Source of the DNA: Candidatus Binatia bacterium
Lineage (GTDB): Bacteria; Desulfobacterota; Binatia; UBA9968; JAJDTQ01
DNA: 64,000 nt
Direction: 5' to 3'
Assembly: GCA_963666515.2 (NCBI GenBank)
Contig: OY762897.2
Location: forward strand, 3,360,001-3,424,000
This document shows positions 20,601-28,342 of the stretch, in pieces. A program made the position numbers and the translations under genes. The notes below the pieces were generated by a model. The model was given only the letters and a program-made list of their open reading frames with translations, had not been told where the DNA came from and did not search any database. Position 1 is the stretch's first letter; every line of letters starts with the position of its first letter.

Positions 20601-20950
20601 CGCGCGCCGACCGGATCTCGTTGCTGACCCTCCACGCCGCCAAGGGGCTCGAATTCCCCGTCGTCTTCATCGTGGGATGCGAGGACGGCGTGCTCCCCCT
20701 GACGTGGGGCAAGGCGGATCCGGACGACCTCGCCGAAGAGCGGCGCCTGTTCTACGTCGGCGTCACCCGCGCCATGAGCAAGCTCTACCTGTGCCGCGCC
20801 CGCAAGCGGCTCTGGCGCGGAAAGGTCCGCGAGCTGCCTGCTTCTCCTTTCCTCGCCGACATCGAGCAGCGGCTCCTGGAACGAAGCCGTGCGCGCCCCG
20901 CCGGACCGAGGACACGGGAGCAGAACAGCCAGTTGGACCTGTTCAAGTAG
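17699..20950 (+). CDS. Endonuclease Q (PHP)-UvrD/Rep-like helicase fusion
   Basis: N-term ADLHVHSRFSRATS, GTGDFTHP, PAHVWTPW, ETGLSSDP, SNSDAHS, GKYHLDGHRNC...CPACG; C-term AGPGSGKT, IDEYQD, IGDPDQAIYGFRG, NYRS, TLHAAKGLEF, EERRLFYVGVTRA. Confidence 0.92.
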   Translation: MTFYADLHVHSRFSRATSRNLDLEHLAVWARKKGIGVVGTGDFTHPAWRAELKEQLVPAEPGLFRLRADLERAVERQLPPACAGGLAAVRFMLSVEISTIYKKGDKTRKIHHLVYCPDFDSADRLVAALSRIGNLHSDGRPILGLDSRHLLEMTLESGPGSYLVPAHVWTPWFAALGSKSGFDAVDDCYGDLAPHIFAVETGLSSDPPMNWRVSSLDRFRLMSNSDAHSPEKLGREVCVFHTEMDYFALRRALETGEGYGGTLEFFPEEGKYHLDGHRNCNVRLEPDETRGLDGRCPACGKPLTVGVMHRVEDLADRAHDEAPPDTAGDTRGLIPLPEILGEIHRVGPKSKRVAQDYEGLLARLGPELQLLNSVPLEDIGPVAPSLVAEAVARLRRREVIREAGYDGVYGTIRLFRDAELERRSRGASLFGEETAGSATAQAAPSGMDSGQEIPRPGVEAPERAARAHEPAADDPAIARREPLDPGSAPAPHPADERRDGGSPGQLSLPADLSPGGRDLLAGLDADQRRAAEIVDGPLLIVAGPGSGKTRTLTRRIAHLVTNHGASPSGCLAVTFTRRAADEMRSRLRELLPDAWADIPLHTFHSLGLDILREHWNAAGLQRGFRVASEAERLRLLRDALGISERQARARQSAISQGKRTGAPSADEKLAQAWEAYRHEMETRNWCDFDDLVIRAADALERDPGVREQVRQRYPWVCIDEYQDVDEQQVRLIRQIVPPDGNICAIGDPDQAIYGFRGADRRFFSEFTEHFPGAHVVRLSRNYRSNSNIVTLSSQVMAVAASAGPSIPVLDDDPDRVTLHEAPSEKAEAEFIVQSLEQALGGHSFFSIDSGRSTEALGHDLSFSDFAVLYRTEAQAAALVEALQRSGMPCQQRSHNPLLDHPGVAALVEALGRAPDTGSVRRRLEAAGMDGEPPEACELLKPLADACGDDLERFLSELALGSQVDTWDPRADRISLLTLHAAKGLEFPVVFIVGCEDGVLPLTWGKADPDDLAEERRLFYVGVTRAMSKLYLCRARKRLWRGKVRELPASPFLADIEQRLLERSRARPAGPRTREQNSQLDLFK

Positions 20951-21079
20951 CTTCGGACCGGCGTGGTGCGGCTGCCGGGAGCCCGACCTGCGCGATGGCT
21001 CTTGACTCTGGCCAAGGGGTTCTGGAAAACTAGGGGTTGTGACCCCGACTGTAAGTCCAACAACGAATGAGGAGACGCC

Positions 21080-21562
21080 ATGCACGCACTCAGAATGGCC
21101 CTTGTGGGCCTCGTTGCCTTGACGCTGGCCCTTGCCGGCTGCTCTGCCAACCCCGGGAAGAAGGAAGCCGTTGGAACGTTGCTGGGCGCCATCGGCGGCG
21201 GGGTCGCCGGTGCGCAAGTAGGCAAGGGGCGCGGAAAACTCGTCGCCACGGGCATCGGCACGCTCCTCGGCGCGGCCATCGGCAACGAGATCGGCAAGTC
21301 CCTGGATCGCGCCGACCGTCTGGCCATGCAGCGCACCAACCAGCAATCGCTGGAAACGGCAAAAACCGGCACCACCAGCACCTGGAAAAACCCCGATTCC
21401 GGCAACCAGGGCACGATCACGCCGAAGAAAACTTACAAGAAGCCGGACGGAACCTACTGCCGTGAGTTCCAGCAGACCGTTACGATCGGCGGCCGTACCG
21501 AGGAAGCCTACGGCACCGCCTGCCGCCAGCCCGACGGGAGCTGGAAGCTCGTCTCGACGTAG
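21080..21562 (+). CDS. Glycine-zipper outer-membrane lipoprotein (17-kDa surface antigen, RT0821/Lpp0805-like)
   Basis: Lipobox LAGC, glycine zipper, WKNPDSG, CREFQQT, GTACRQPDGSW. Confidence 0.9.
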   Translation: MHALRMALVGLVALTLALAGCSANPGKKEAVGTLLGAIGGGVAGAQVGKGRGKLVATGIGTLLGAAIGNEIGKSLDRADRLAMQRTNQQSLETAKTGTTSTWKNPDSGNQGTITPKKTYKKPDGTYCREFQQTVTIGGRTEEAYGTACRQPDGSWKLVST

Positions 21563-21565
21563 GCC

Positions 21566-22219
21566 GTGCCGCCCCCCGTTTCGCCCAATATCTACCACAT
21601 CGCGCATGTCGATCGGCTGCCGTCGATAATCACAGACGGCTACCTCTGGTGCGATGAAGAGATGACGCGACGAACCGAGGCCCAAGCCGACGTAGGCACG
21701 GCGATCGGAATGAGCAGCATCAAGCAGAGGCGGTTGACTGAACTCTCGCTCGACAGCCATCCGGGCCTCTACGTGGGGCAGTGTGTGCCCTTCTACTTCT
21801 GCCCGCGTTCGGTCATGCTCTACGTGATCCACCGTGCAAGCCGTGACGAGCTTTCCTATCGTGGTGGGCAAGGTCCCATATTACATCTCGAAGCCGACTT
21901 GCAGGACGCTGTTCACTGGGCTGACTCCAACAAGCGTCGCTGGGCGTTCACGCTGTCGAACGCAGGAGCGTATTACTTCGAGGACCGTGCGGACTTGGCG
22001 CAACTGGTGTTTTCCAGCCGCCAACGCCGCCCGGACTTCTGTATAGAAGCGTTGCGAGCTGACGCCGACGCGCCTGACCAACTCCCAAGGAAACGAGCGC
22101 TCCAATAGGAATTCCGCCTGTTTCGGTTCCTTGCAGTTTTGCCAATATTGAGCGTTGATGGCCGCCCAATCGAGTTCGTCCAGCCGCATCTTGCGATAAT
22201 GCCGGGATGGTACTACTGA
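21566..22219 (+). pseudogene. darT: DarT DNA ADP-ribosyltransferase toxin (DUF4433) disrupted by an internal 172-bp inversion
   Basis: IYHIAHVDRLPSI, IKQRR, VPFYFCPRSVML, FTLSNAG on +; DWAAI...KQAEFL...FPWELV on - (22008-22179); PGWYY* tail back on + at 22217-22219. Confidence 0.9.
22004..22183. other. Inverted segment within darT bounded by a 4-bp inverted repeat CTGG/CCAG
   Basis: CTGG at 22004-22007 and CCAG at 22180-22183; reverse-complementing 22008-22179 gives a stop-free frame 21566-22219. Confidence 0.9.
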
Positions 22220-22235
22220 CGGGCGGAAGGTAAAG

Positions 22236-23303
22236 ATGCTCGAATTCAAGACGGGCGACATTCTCGCTGAAGACGCGGACGCCTTGGTGAACACGGTGAA
22301 CTGCGTGGGGGTGATGGGGCGTGGGATCGCGCTCCAGTTCAAGAATGCCTTCCCTGAGAATTTCAAGGCCTACGCCGATGCCTGTAAGCGTCACGAGGTA
22401 GAACCGGGCCGTATGTTCGTGTTCCAGACCGGCCAACTGACCAACCCGCGCTACATCATCAATTTCCCGACCAAGCGCCACTGGCGCGGAAAGAGCCGGA
22501 TGGAAGACATCGACGCAGGGCTGAAGGCGCTACGGGAGGTGATCCGTGAGAATGGCATCCACTCCATTGCCATTCCTCCACTTGGCAGCGGCCTGGGTGG
22601 ACTGAACTGGGGCAATGTGCGCTCCAGGATCGAAGAAGCGTTAAGAGATTTCGAAGACTTGCGCATCGTGGTATTCGAACCCGGCGAGGCGCCGAAGACT
22701 CAACAGATGCCCAAGCACCGGTCGGCGCCTGAGATGACGCCCGGTCGCGCGGCGCTTGTGGGGCTGATGGACCGCTATCTTGGGGGTCTTCTCGACCCGT
22801 CCGTGACCCTGCTCGAAGTCCATAAGTTGATGTATTTCATGAAGATCAGTGGAGAACCCGCTATGGACAAGCTCCGGGTGGTAAAGGGTCTCTACGGTCC
22901 TTACGCGGAGAATCTGACCCATGTGCTTCGTGAGGTTGAGGGATATTTCATCTCGGGTTATCGGGACGGGGGCGACCAGCCTGAAAAGCAGATTGAACTG
23001 GTGCCGGGCGCAGTCGCCGACGCCGACGCATTCCTGGAGAAACATCCCGACACGCGCACCCGATTCGACCGCGTAGCCGATCTGGTCGCAGGCTTCGAGT
23101 CATCTTTTGGCCTCGAGCTTCTGTCGACTGTGCATTGGGTCATCACACAGGAATCTGCCAGCAATCTGGACGACCTGATCTCGCGCGTCTATGGCTGGAA
23201 TGATCGCAAAAAGCAATTCTCGGCTCGCCAGATCGGCTTGGCTGCCGATGTCCTGGCGAAAAAGGGCTGGGTCGAACCTCTCCTCTCCGCTTCTGACTCA
23301 TGA
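22236..23303 (+). CDS. darG: DarG antitoxin (macrodomain ADP-ribosylglycohydrolase)
   Basis: GDIL...ALVNTVNCVGVMGRGIA, INFPTKRHW, IPPLGSGLGGL, C-terminal KLMYF...YGPYA...GFES..GLELLSTVHW. Confidence 0.95.
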   Translation: MLEFKTGDILAEDADALVNTVNCVGVMGRGIALQFKNAFPENFKAYADACKRHEVEPGRMFVFQTGQLTNPRYIINFPTKRHWRGKSRMEDIDAGLKALREVIRENGIHSIAIPPLGSGLGGLNWGNVRSRIEEALRDFEDLRIVVFEPGEAPKTQQMPKHRSAPEMTPGRAALVGLMDRYLGGLLDPSVTLLEVHKLMYFMKISGEPAMDKLRVVKGLYGPYAENLTHVLREVEGYFISGYRDGGDQPEKQIELVPGAVADADAFLEKHPDTRTRFDRVADLVAGFESSFGLELLSTVHWVITQESASNLDDLISRVYGWNDRKKQFSARQIGLAADVLAKKGWVEPLLSASDS

Positions 23304-23315
23304 CCACCGACACCT

Positions 23316-23353
23316 CCGAACGCCGCCTACGACGGCGTGGGCTGGGCGTTCGG
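23316..23353. terminator. GC-rich hairpin between convergent darG and tctB-like genes
   Basis: CCGAACGCC/GGCGTTCGG outer stem plus GCCTAC/GTGGGC inner stem; no U-tract. Confidence 0.4.
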
Positions 23354-23374
23354 CCCCGCTGATCGGAAGCCCGC

Positions 23375-23890
23375 TTACAGCCCCACCGCCTTCCACACCA
23401 CCCCCTCGTGCAGGGGCGCGCCCATGACGACGATGAAGACGACGTAGACGAACGCCCAGGTGACCGCGGTGATGGAGAGGGTCATGAGCCAGCTCTCGGA
23501 GGAGCGGAGGCGCAGGAACAGGATGAGGAACAGGGGGATGGCCACGAGGTAGCCCAGGAAGTAGATCAGCGCAATCAGCAGCAGCAGCCAGGCGGCGAAG
23601 TTGAGTTCGCGGCGGTAGACGGCGCTGGAGGAGCCGGTCTCCTCGGAGGGTTCGGCGGCGCGGCCGGTATCGATGCCGAAGAGGTCGTATTCCTGCAGGA
23701 AGCTGAAGCGGCGGGCGACCGCGGGAACCATGTCGATCAGAAGCTGGAGCAGGGTGAGCAGCAGCGTGGGGACGGCGATGATGAGCGGCACCAGCCGGGC
23801 CCTCGGCTGGTAGTCCAGGGACAGAACCAGGAAGCCCAGGACCAGGACGAAGACCGCGAGAGTGAAAAGGGTCCTGTCGTTCAGCCTCAC
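23375..23890 (-). CDS. tctB: TctB-family small membrane subunit
   Basis: 171 aa with 4-5 hydrophobic helices; ARLVPL..., YFLGYLVAIPLF and VF...PL..G pattern. Confidence 0.72.
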   Translation of the reverse strand: MRLNDRTLFTLAVFVLVLGFLVLSLDYQPRARLVPLIIAVPTLLLTLLQLLIDMVPAVARRFSFLQEYDLFGIDTGRAAEPSEETGSSSAVYRRELNFAAWLLLLIALIYFLGYLVAIPLFLILFLRLRSSESWLMTLSITAVTWAFVYVVFIVVMGAPLHEGVVWKAVGL

Positions 23891-23924
23891 GGGTGCACCT
23901 TACGCCTGACCGAGGCCGCGTCCA

Positions 23925-25385
23925 TCAGGCGTCCCTCTGCTCCAGCCGCAACGACAGGTCGTCCCGCCGGATATGGACCTGCCGGAGTTCCCGAGCGCCC
24001 GCGAGTTGCTTCAGGAGGACCGAGACCGGACGGCGGGCATCGAGAAACTCCCTGGGCGCGCCGGCGGCCAGCATCTCCTTGACGGAATCCGGGCCTGCGA
24101 CGACCCGGATCACCAGTTCCTCGTCCGAGACTCCCGGGCCGCCGAACTTCCGCCTTACTTCATCGAGGGAGGGCTCGGGCCAAGTCCAGCTTTCCCATTC
24201 CCGCGCCCGCGGTCGGCTCAGGATCTTGTCCTTGACCCCCGGGTCCATGAGCCGCGCACCCTCCTCGCCCCAATATCCCAGAGCATACTGAATGCTCTGG
24301 TCGGTGACCTCCTTGTAGCGTTCCCCGGCCATGACGTTGACGGCCGCCTGGGTGCCCACGAACTGGGCCAGCGGCGTCACCATGATGGGATAGCCGTACT
24401 CCTCGCGCACGCGGCCCGCCTCCTCCAGGGTCTCCTCAAGCCTGTCGCCCATGCCCACGGTTTCGAGTTGAAAGCGCAGGTTGGAGATCATGCCGCCGGG
24501 CACCTGGTGCTGGTATTGGGCGTAATCGTATTCACGGGGCGCGCCGAAGGGAAAGTTCTCCTGCCGGGCGACGCGGGTGAAGTGCTCCTCCACCGGCCTC
24601 ACCGCCTCCAGGTCCACCATCGGCGTGAAGCCCAAGGCCTCGGCATTGGCCGCCACGTTGAAGATGGAGGGCTGCGACGAGCCGTTGGCAAGGGGCGGAA
24701 TGGCGGTGTGGAGCGTCTTGACCCCCAGCTTGAGGGCTTCGACGTAGTTGAACGGCGCGAGGCTGTTGTTGCAGTGGGCGTGGAACTCCAGCGGGATGTC
24801 GCCGACGTTGGCCATGACGAGCTGGAGCATCTCCCGGGTGCGGTCGGGCGTCAGCAGCCCGCCCACGTCCTTGAAGCAGATCCGGTAGGGGTGCAGCGCC
24901 GCCAACTCGCGGGTCTTCCGCTCGTAGTACTCGTTGGTGTGCTTGGGCGAGACCGAGTAGATGATGTTGCCCACCACCTCCATGCCCCTGTTTCCCAGAA
25001 ACTCCAGCTCCTTGGCGAGCACGTTGTAGTCGTTCCACGGGTTCGACGAGCGCGTGAGGGTGATGCCGTGGGCGATGACGCATTCCAGCAGGAGGCGGCG
25101 GATGCACGGGGGAATGGGCTCGAAGCCGGAGCCGATGCCGCCGTGATAGCGCAGCCGGGTCCTGGAAAATTGCTTCACCCCCAACCGCACCCAGTCCCAG
25201 GGGTTCTCCTTCAACTCCCGCACCTGCTTGATGATGCTGGCGAAGCCGAAGAATTCCATGGACTCGAAGCCGCAGCGGTCCATCTGTTGGGCGGCGCCGA
25301 GCATGTGGCCGATGCGCATGCGCAAGGCCCACAGGCTCAAATGCCCGTCCCTCAAGGTGGTGTCGACAAAACGTATCTCGCTCAT
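23925..25385 (-). CDS. Carboxyltransferase domain protein (pyruvate carboxylase B / oxaloacetate decarboxylase alpha-like) without biotinyl domain
   Basis: DTTLRDG, ENPW, CFKDVGGLL, HAHCN, HQVPGGMISNL, GYPIMVTPLAQFVG; no AMKM motif. Confidence 0.88.
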   Translation of the reverse strand: MSEIRFVDTTLRDGHLSLWALRMRIGHMLGAAQQMDRCGFESMEFFGFASIIKQVRELKENPWDWVRLGVKQFSRTRLRYHGGIGSGFEPIPPCIRRLLLECVIAHGITLTRSSNPWNDYNVLAKELEFLGNRGMEVVGNIIYSVSPKHTNEYYERKTRELAALHPYRICFKDVGGLLTPDRTREMLQLVMANVGDIPLEFHAHCNNSLAPFNYVEALKLGVKTLHTAIPPLANGSSQPSIFNVAANAEALGFTPMVDLEAVRPVEEHFTRVARQENFPFGAPREYDYAQYQHQVPGGMISNLRFQLETVGMGDRLEETLEEAGRVREEYGYPIMVTPLAQFVGTQAAVNVMAGERYKEVTDQSIQYALGYWGEEGARLMDPGVKDKILSRPRAREWESWTWPEPSLDEVRRKFGGPGVSDEELVIRVVAGPDSVKEMLAAGAPREFLDARRPVSVLLKQLAGARELRQVHIRRDDLSLRLEQRDA

Positions 25386-25649
25386 GCCAGTCCGTTCATG
25401 GGTCCTGTCCCGCAGCCGGTCCGTGGGACCGGGCGCCCTGGGGAATCCCGCGACGCTGCTTCATAGTACCGAAGGCCGCCCGTTAAAACCAGTTTCAAAG
25501 GAGGAGGCTTGCAATTTACCGTTGGGTTGCCCAAGCTCAAGGGTGCAGCTTGCATGGCTCTCTTCTCGCACGGCACCGCCCGATCTGCTAGCATGGCGCG
25601 TCACATTAACTCGCAACCAACCCGGCGACCCGTGGAAAAGGAGCTGCCG

Positions 25650-26255
25650 ATGACCGATCAAGTGACCCTGGAGGTCTTCTCGGATTTCGTCTGACCGTGG
25701 TGCTATCTCAGTACCGGGCGTATTGAGAAACTGCGGCAGAATTATGATCTGAACGTTGTCTACACCCAGTTCCCGTTGCATCCCGATACGCCGCCCGAGG
25801 GCAAGGCGCGCAACATGAGCGGCCCGAGCCGGGTGGACGCCATGCTGGAACGCGAGGGCCTGCCTTTTACCGAGCGCAAGTTCAGCTACAACAGCCGCTC
25901 GGCCCAGGAGCTGGCAAAATGGGCGAAACGCGAGGGGCGGGAAGACGCCTTCAACGACGCGGTGTACCGCGCCTATTTCGTGGAGGCGGCGAACATCGCC
26001 GAGCCTGAAGTCCTGCTCCGGCTGGTGGAAGAGGCGGGGCTGCCGGTGGAGGAGGCGCGCGGGGTGTTGTCGGACCGGACCTTCCAGCAGTCCGTCAATG
26101 ACGACTGGCAGCGCTGCTACTCCCTGGGTGTGACGGCCGTTCCCACCTACCTGTCGGAAGGCTTGGCCATCGTCGGCGCCGAGCCCTACGAGCAATTGGA
26201 ACGGCTTGTCACCGAGGCGAGCGCCAAGCGGTCGGCGGAGGCGGCGGACGCCTGA
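25650..26255 (+). CDS. DsbA/FrnE-like thiol-disulfide oxidoreductase selenoprotein (U15-P-W-C)
   Basis: AAGGAG RBS, ATG 25650, FSDFV-TGA(25692)-PWCY in frame with ORF 25776..26255; FPLHP and GVTAVPT motifs; downstream hairpin. Confidence 0.88.
25695..25736 (+). promoter_or_regulatory. Bacterial SECIS-like stem-loop
   Basis: Directly 3' of the UGA: lower stem CCGTGG/CTGCGG, upper stem TCTCAGTAC/GTATTGAGA, apical loop CGGGC. Confidence 0.72.
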
Positions 26256-26404
26256 CCGCAATCCACGAGCCGCGATCCCACGCACATCGGGATCGGACCT
26301 TGGATTTGCCTTTACGGTCCTTAACTAACTGGATTGACAGGGAAGTCGTTTGTTCGGATATCGGCGAGTCGGCCGACAACCACGGCCGGTATCGGAGAGT
26401 GATC

Positions 26405-27319
26405 GTGTCAGGCATACCTCAGGTCGATTTTGAACCGTTCATGAACGGTGGTGCCGCGGCACGCGGGCGCGTGGCCGCCGAGATACGCGCAGCTTGCAGC
26501 GAGTACGGTTTTCTCAACGTCGCCAACCTGCCGTTGCCCGAAGGGTTGCTTCAACGGGTATCGTCCAAGGCCAGGGAGTTCTTCGCCTTGCCCCGGGAGG
26601 TCAAGGAAGCCATCGGGCGGTCCGAGCTGGACGTCATATCGGGCTACGTAGGCATGGCCGTCGAGCACCTCGACACGCGACAACCCGGTGACCTCAAGGA
26701 ATCCTTCAGCCTGAACCAAGCCAGTCTCGCGCTGCTGGACCGTTGGCACATTCCCGTGGCCGGGTTCCGCGAGACGGTCCTGGAACTCCACGAGGCCGGC
26801 GCCCGGGCGTGTGCGACGCTGGTCCAGGCCATGGCCCTCTCCCTGGGCGCGCCCGAGGACTTCTTCGTCGACAAGCACGCCCCCCACGCCAGCACCGTGC
26901 GTTTCTTCCACTACCCGCCGGTGGAACACCGGCCGGACGCCGGTCAACTGCGCGCCGGGAGCCATTCCGACTACGGCACGGTCACGCTCGTTTTCCAGGA
27001 TGCGGTGGAGGGGCTGGAGGCGCTGGTGGACGGTGAATGGCTGACCGTGCCGGCGATACCCGGAACCGTCACGGTCAACGTGGCGGACCTGCTGTCGCGC
27101 TGGACCAACGGCATCTACCGGTCGCCGGAACACCGAGTTGCCTTGCCCGTCGCGGACGTGAAACAGTCCCGGTACTCCACGGTCTTCTTCTACAACCCCA
27201 ACAGCCAAGTCACCGTTCGCTGCATCGACTCCTGTTGCAGCGAACAACGTCCACGGCAGTTCCCGCCCATCGAGGCGGGAGAATTTCTAAGGCAGCGCCG
27301 CACCGCCCAGTACGATTGA
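26405..27319 (+). CDS. 2OG-Fe(II) oxygenase, isopenicillin N synthase family
   Basis: IPQVDF, ACSEYGF, DLKES, HYPP, HSDYGTVT (HxD), DLLSRWTNG, HRV, RYS; start approximate. Confidence 0.9.
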   Translation: MSGIPQVDFEPFMNGGAAARGRVAAEIRAACSEYGFLNVANLPLPEGLLQRVSSKAREFFALPREVKEAIGRSELDVISGYVGMAVEHLDTRQPGDLKESFSLNQASLALLDRWHIPVAGFRETVLELHEAGARACATLVQAMALSLGAPEDFFVDKHAPHASTVRFFHYPPVEHRPDAGQLRAGSHSDYGTVTLVFQDAVEGLEALVDGEWLTVPAIPGTVTVNVADLLSRWTNGIYRSPEHRVALPVADVKQSRYSTVFFYNPNSQVTVRCIDSCCSEQRPRQFPPIEAGEFLRQRRTAQYD

Positions 27320-27363
27320 GGGGGATGTCGGCCGGGGGATGGTACTGCCCAGCCTCCCCACAC

Positions 27364-27391
27364 CTGGATTCCGGCTTTCGCCGGAATGACG
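27364..27391. repeat. REP-like palindromic element (CGTCATTCCGGCGAAAGCCGGAATCCAG on minus strand)
   Basis: ATTCCGGC-TTTC-GCCGGAAT hairpin in the intergenic region between convergent genes; a common dispersed-repeat type. Confidence 0.7.
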
Positions 27392-27477
27392 ATTCGAGTG
27401 TCGTCGCCTTTCCGCACGCAGGTCGGAGTTTTGGCACAGCCTGTTTCGCGGGATTGCGGAGTGGAGCGCGGGGGTGA

Positions 27478-28305
27478 CTAGCGGGACGCCAAGTTGCGTT
27501 CGAGGAAATCCAGCAGCACCGGCTGCACGGTGAGGTTGGGCTCCTGGTCCACGCGCCTGCGGTCGGGCTCGTTGGGCAGGTAGGTGAACCACGAGTGGCC
27601 GGCGCCCGGCACGAACAGGGTCTCCACCTCGGCCCCGGCGGCGCGGAGCGCGGCGATGAAGCGCTCGGACTGGTTGTGGTGGACGATGGGATCCTGCTCG
27701 CCGTGGATGATGAGGTAGGGCACCCCGGGCGGCACTCCCTGGGCCTCGACTCCCTGGAGCGGGGAGAAGCTGCGGTAGGCGTCCGGGGCCTCGGAGGGCG
27801 TCGTGCCCATGAGCCTGCCCACGGGGTCGTCCTGCCGTTTCTGCGTCACCTCCCACCAGTCCAGCAGATCGTAGATGCCGTAGACTCCCACCACGGCCCG
27901 CAGGTGCGGCCGGACCCAGTCCTCCAGGGCCAGCAGCGCCGCCATGTGCCCGCCGGCCGAGTCGCCCACGAGCCCCAGCCGCGCGGGATCCACGCGTAGA
28001 CCGGACGCCTCTTCCAGCAGCCAGCGCAGCGCCCGCCGGATGTCCTCGTGTACGCCCGGCCACGACGGCGAGACGTTCTTCGACAGCCGGTAGTCCACCG
28101 CCACCAGCGCATAGCCCCGGGCCGCCAGCCACGGCCCCCATTCCTGGTACTGGCGCCGGCTGCCGTGCGCCCAGCCGCCGCCGTGAAAGCACAGCAGCGC
28201 CGGATGCGGCCCCGGACCGACGGGCAGGTACACGTCGTTGCAGAGCGTGCCGTCGGGGCCTCCCCCGTACGGAACGTCGAGCCGGATCTCCACCTGTGCG
28301 CTCAT
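27478..28305 (-). CDS. Alpha/beta hydrolase (HSL-like esterase/lipase)
   Basis: HGGGW, VDYRL, GDSAGG, HGEQD, GAGH. Confidence 0.9.
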   Translation of the reverse strand: MSAQVEIRLDVPYGGGPDGTLCNDVYLPVGPGPHPALLCFHGGGWAHGSRRQYQEWGPWLAARGYALVAVDYRLSKNVSPSWPGVHEDIRRALRWLLEEASGLRVDPARLGLVGDSAGGHMAALLALEDWVRPHLRAVVGVYGIYDLLDWWEVTQKRQDDPVGRLMGTTPSEAPDAYRSFSPLQGVEAQGVPPGVPYLIIHGEQDPIVHHNQSERFIAALRAAGAEVETLFVPGAGHSWFTYLPNEPDRRRVDQEPNLTVQPVLLDFLERNLASR

Positions 28306-28342
28306 CGCGTCGCCTCCTCGGAACTCAGCGTGCCAAACCGGG

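Noticed and set aside
21881-22366. Minus-strand 161-aa ORF as an independent gene
   Set aside because: Its only meaningful part is the inverted darT segment; the rest is antisense to darT and darG.
25692-25694. DsbA gene as a nonsense pseudogene
   Set aside because: The TGA is exactly at the redox Cys position and is followed by a SECIS-like hairpin; Sec recoding is the better explanation.
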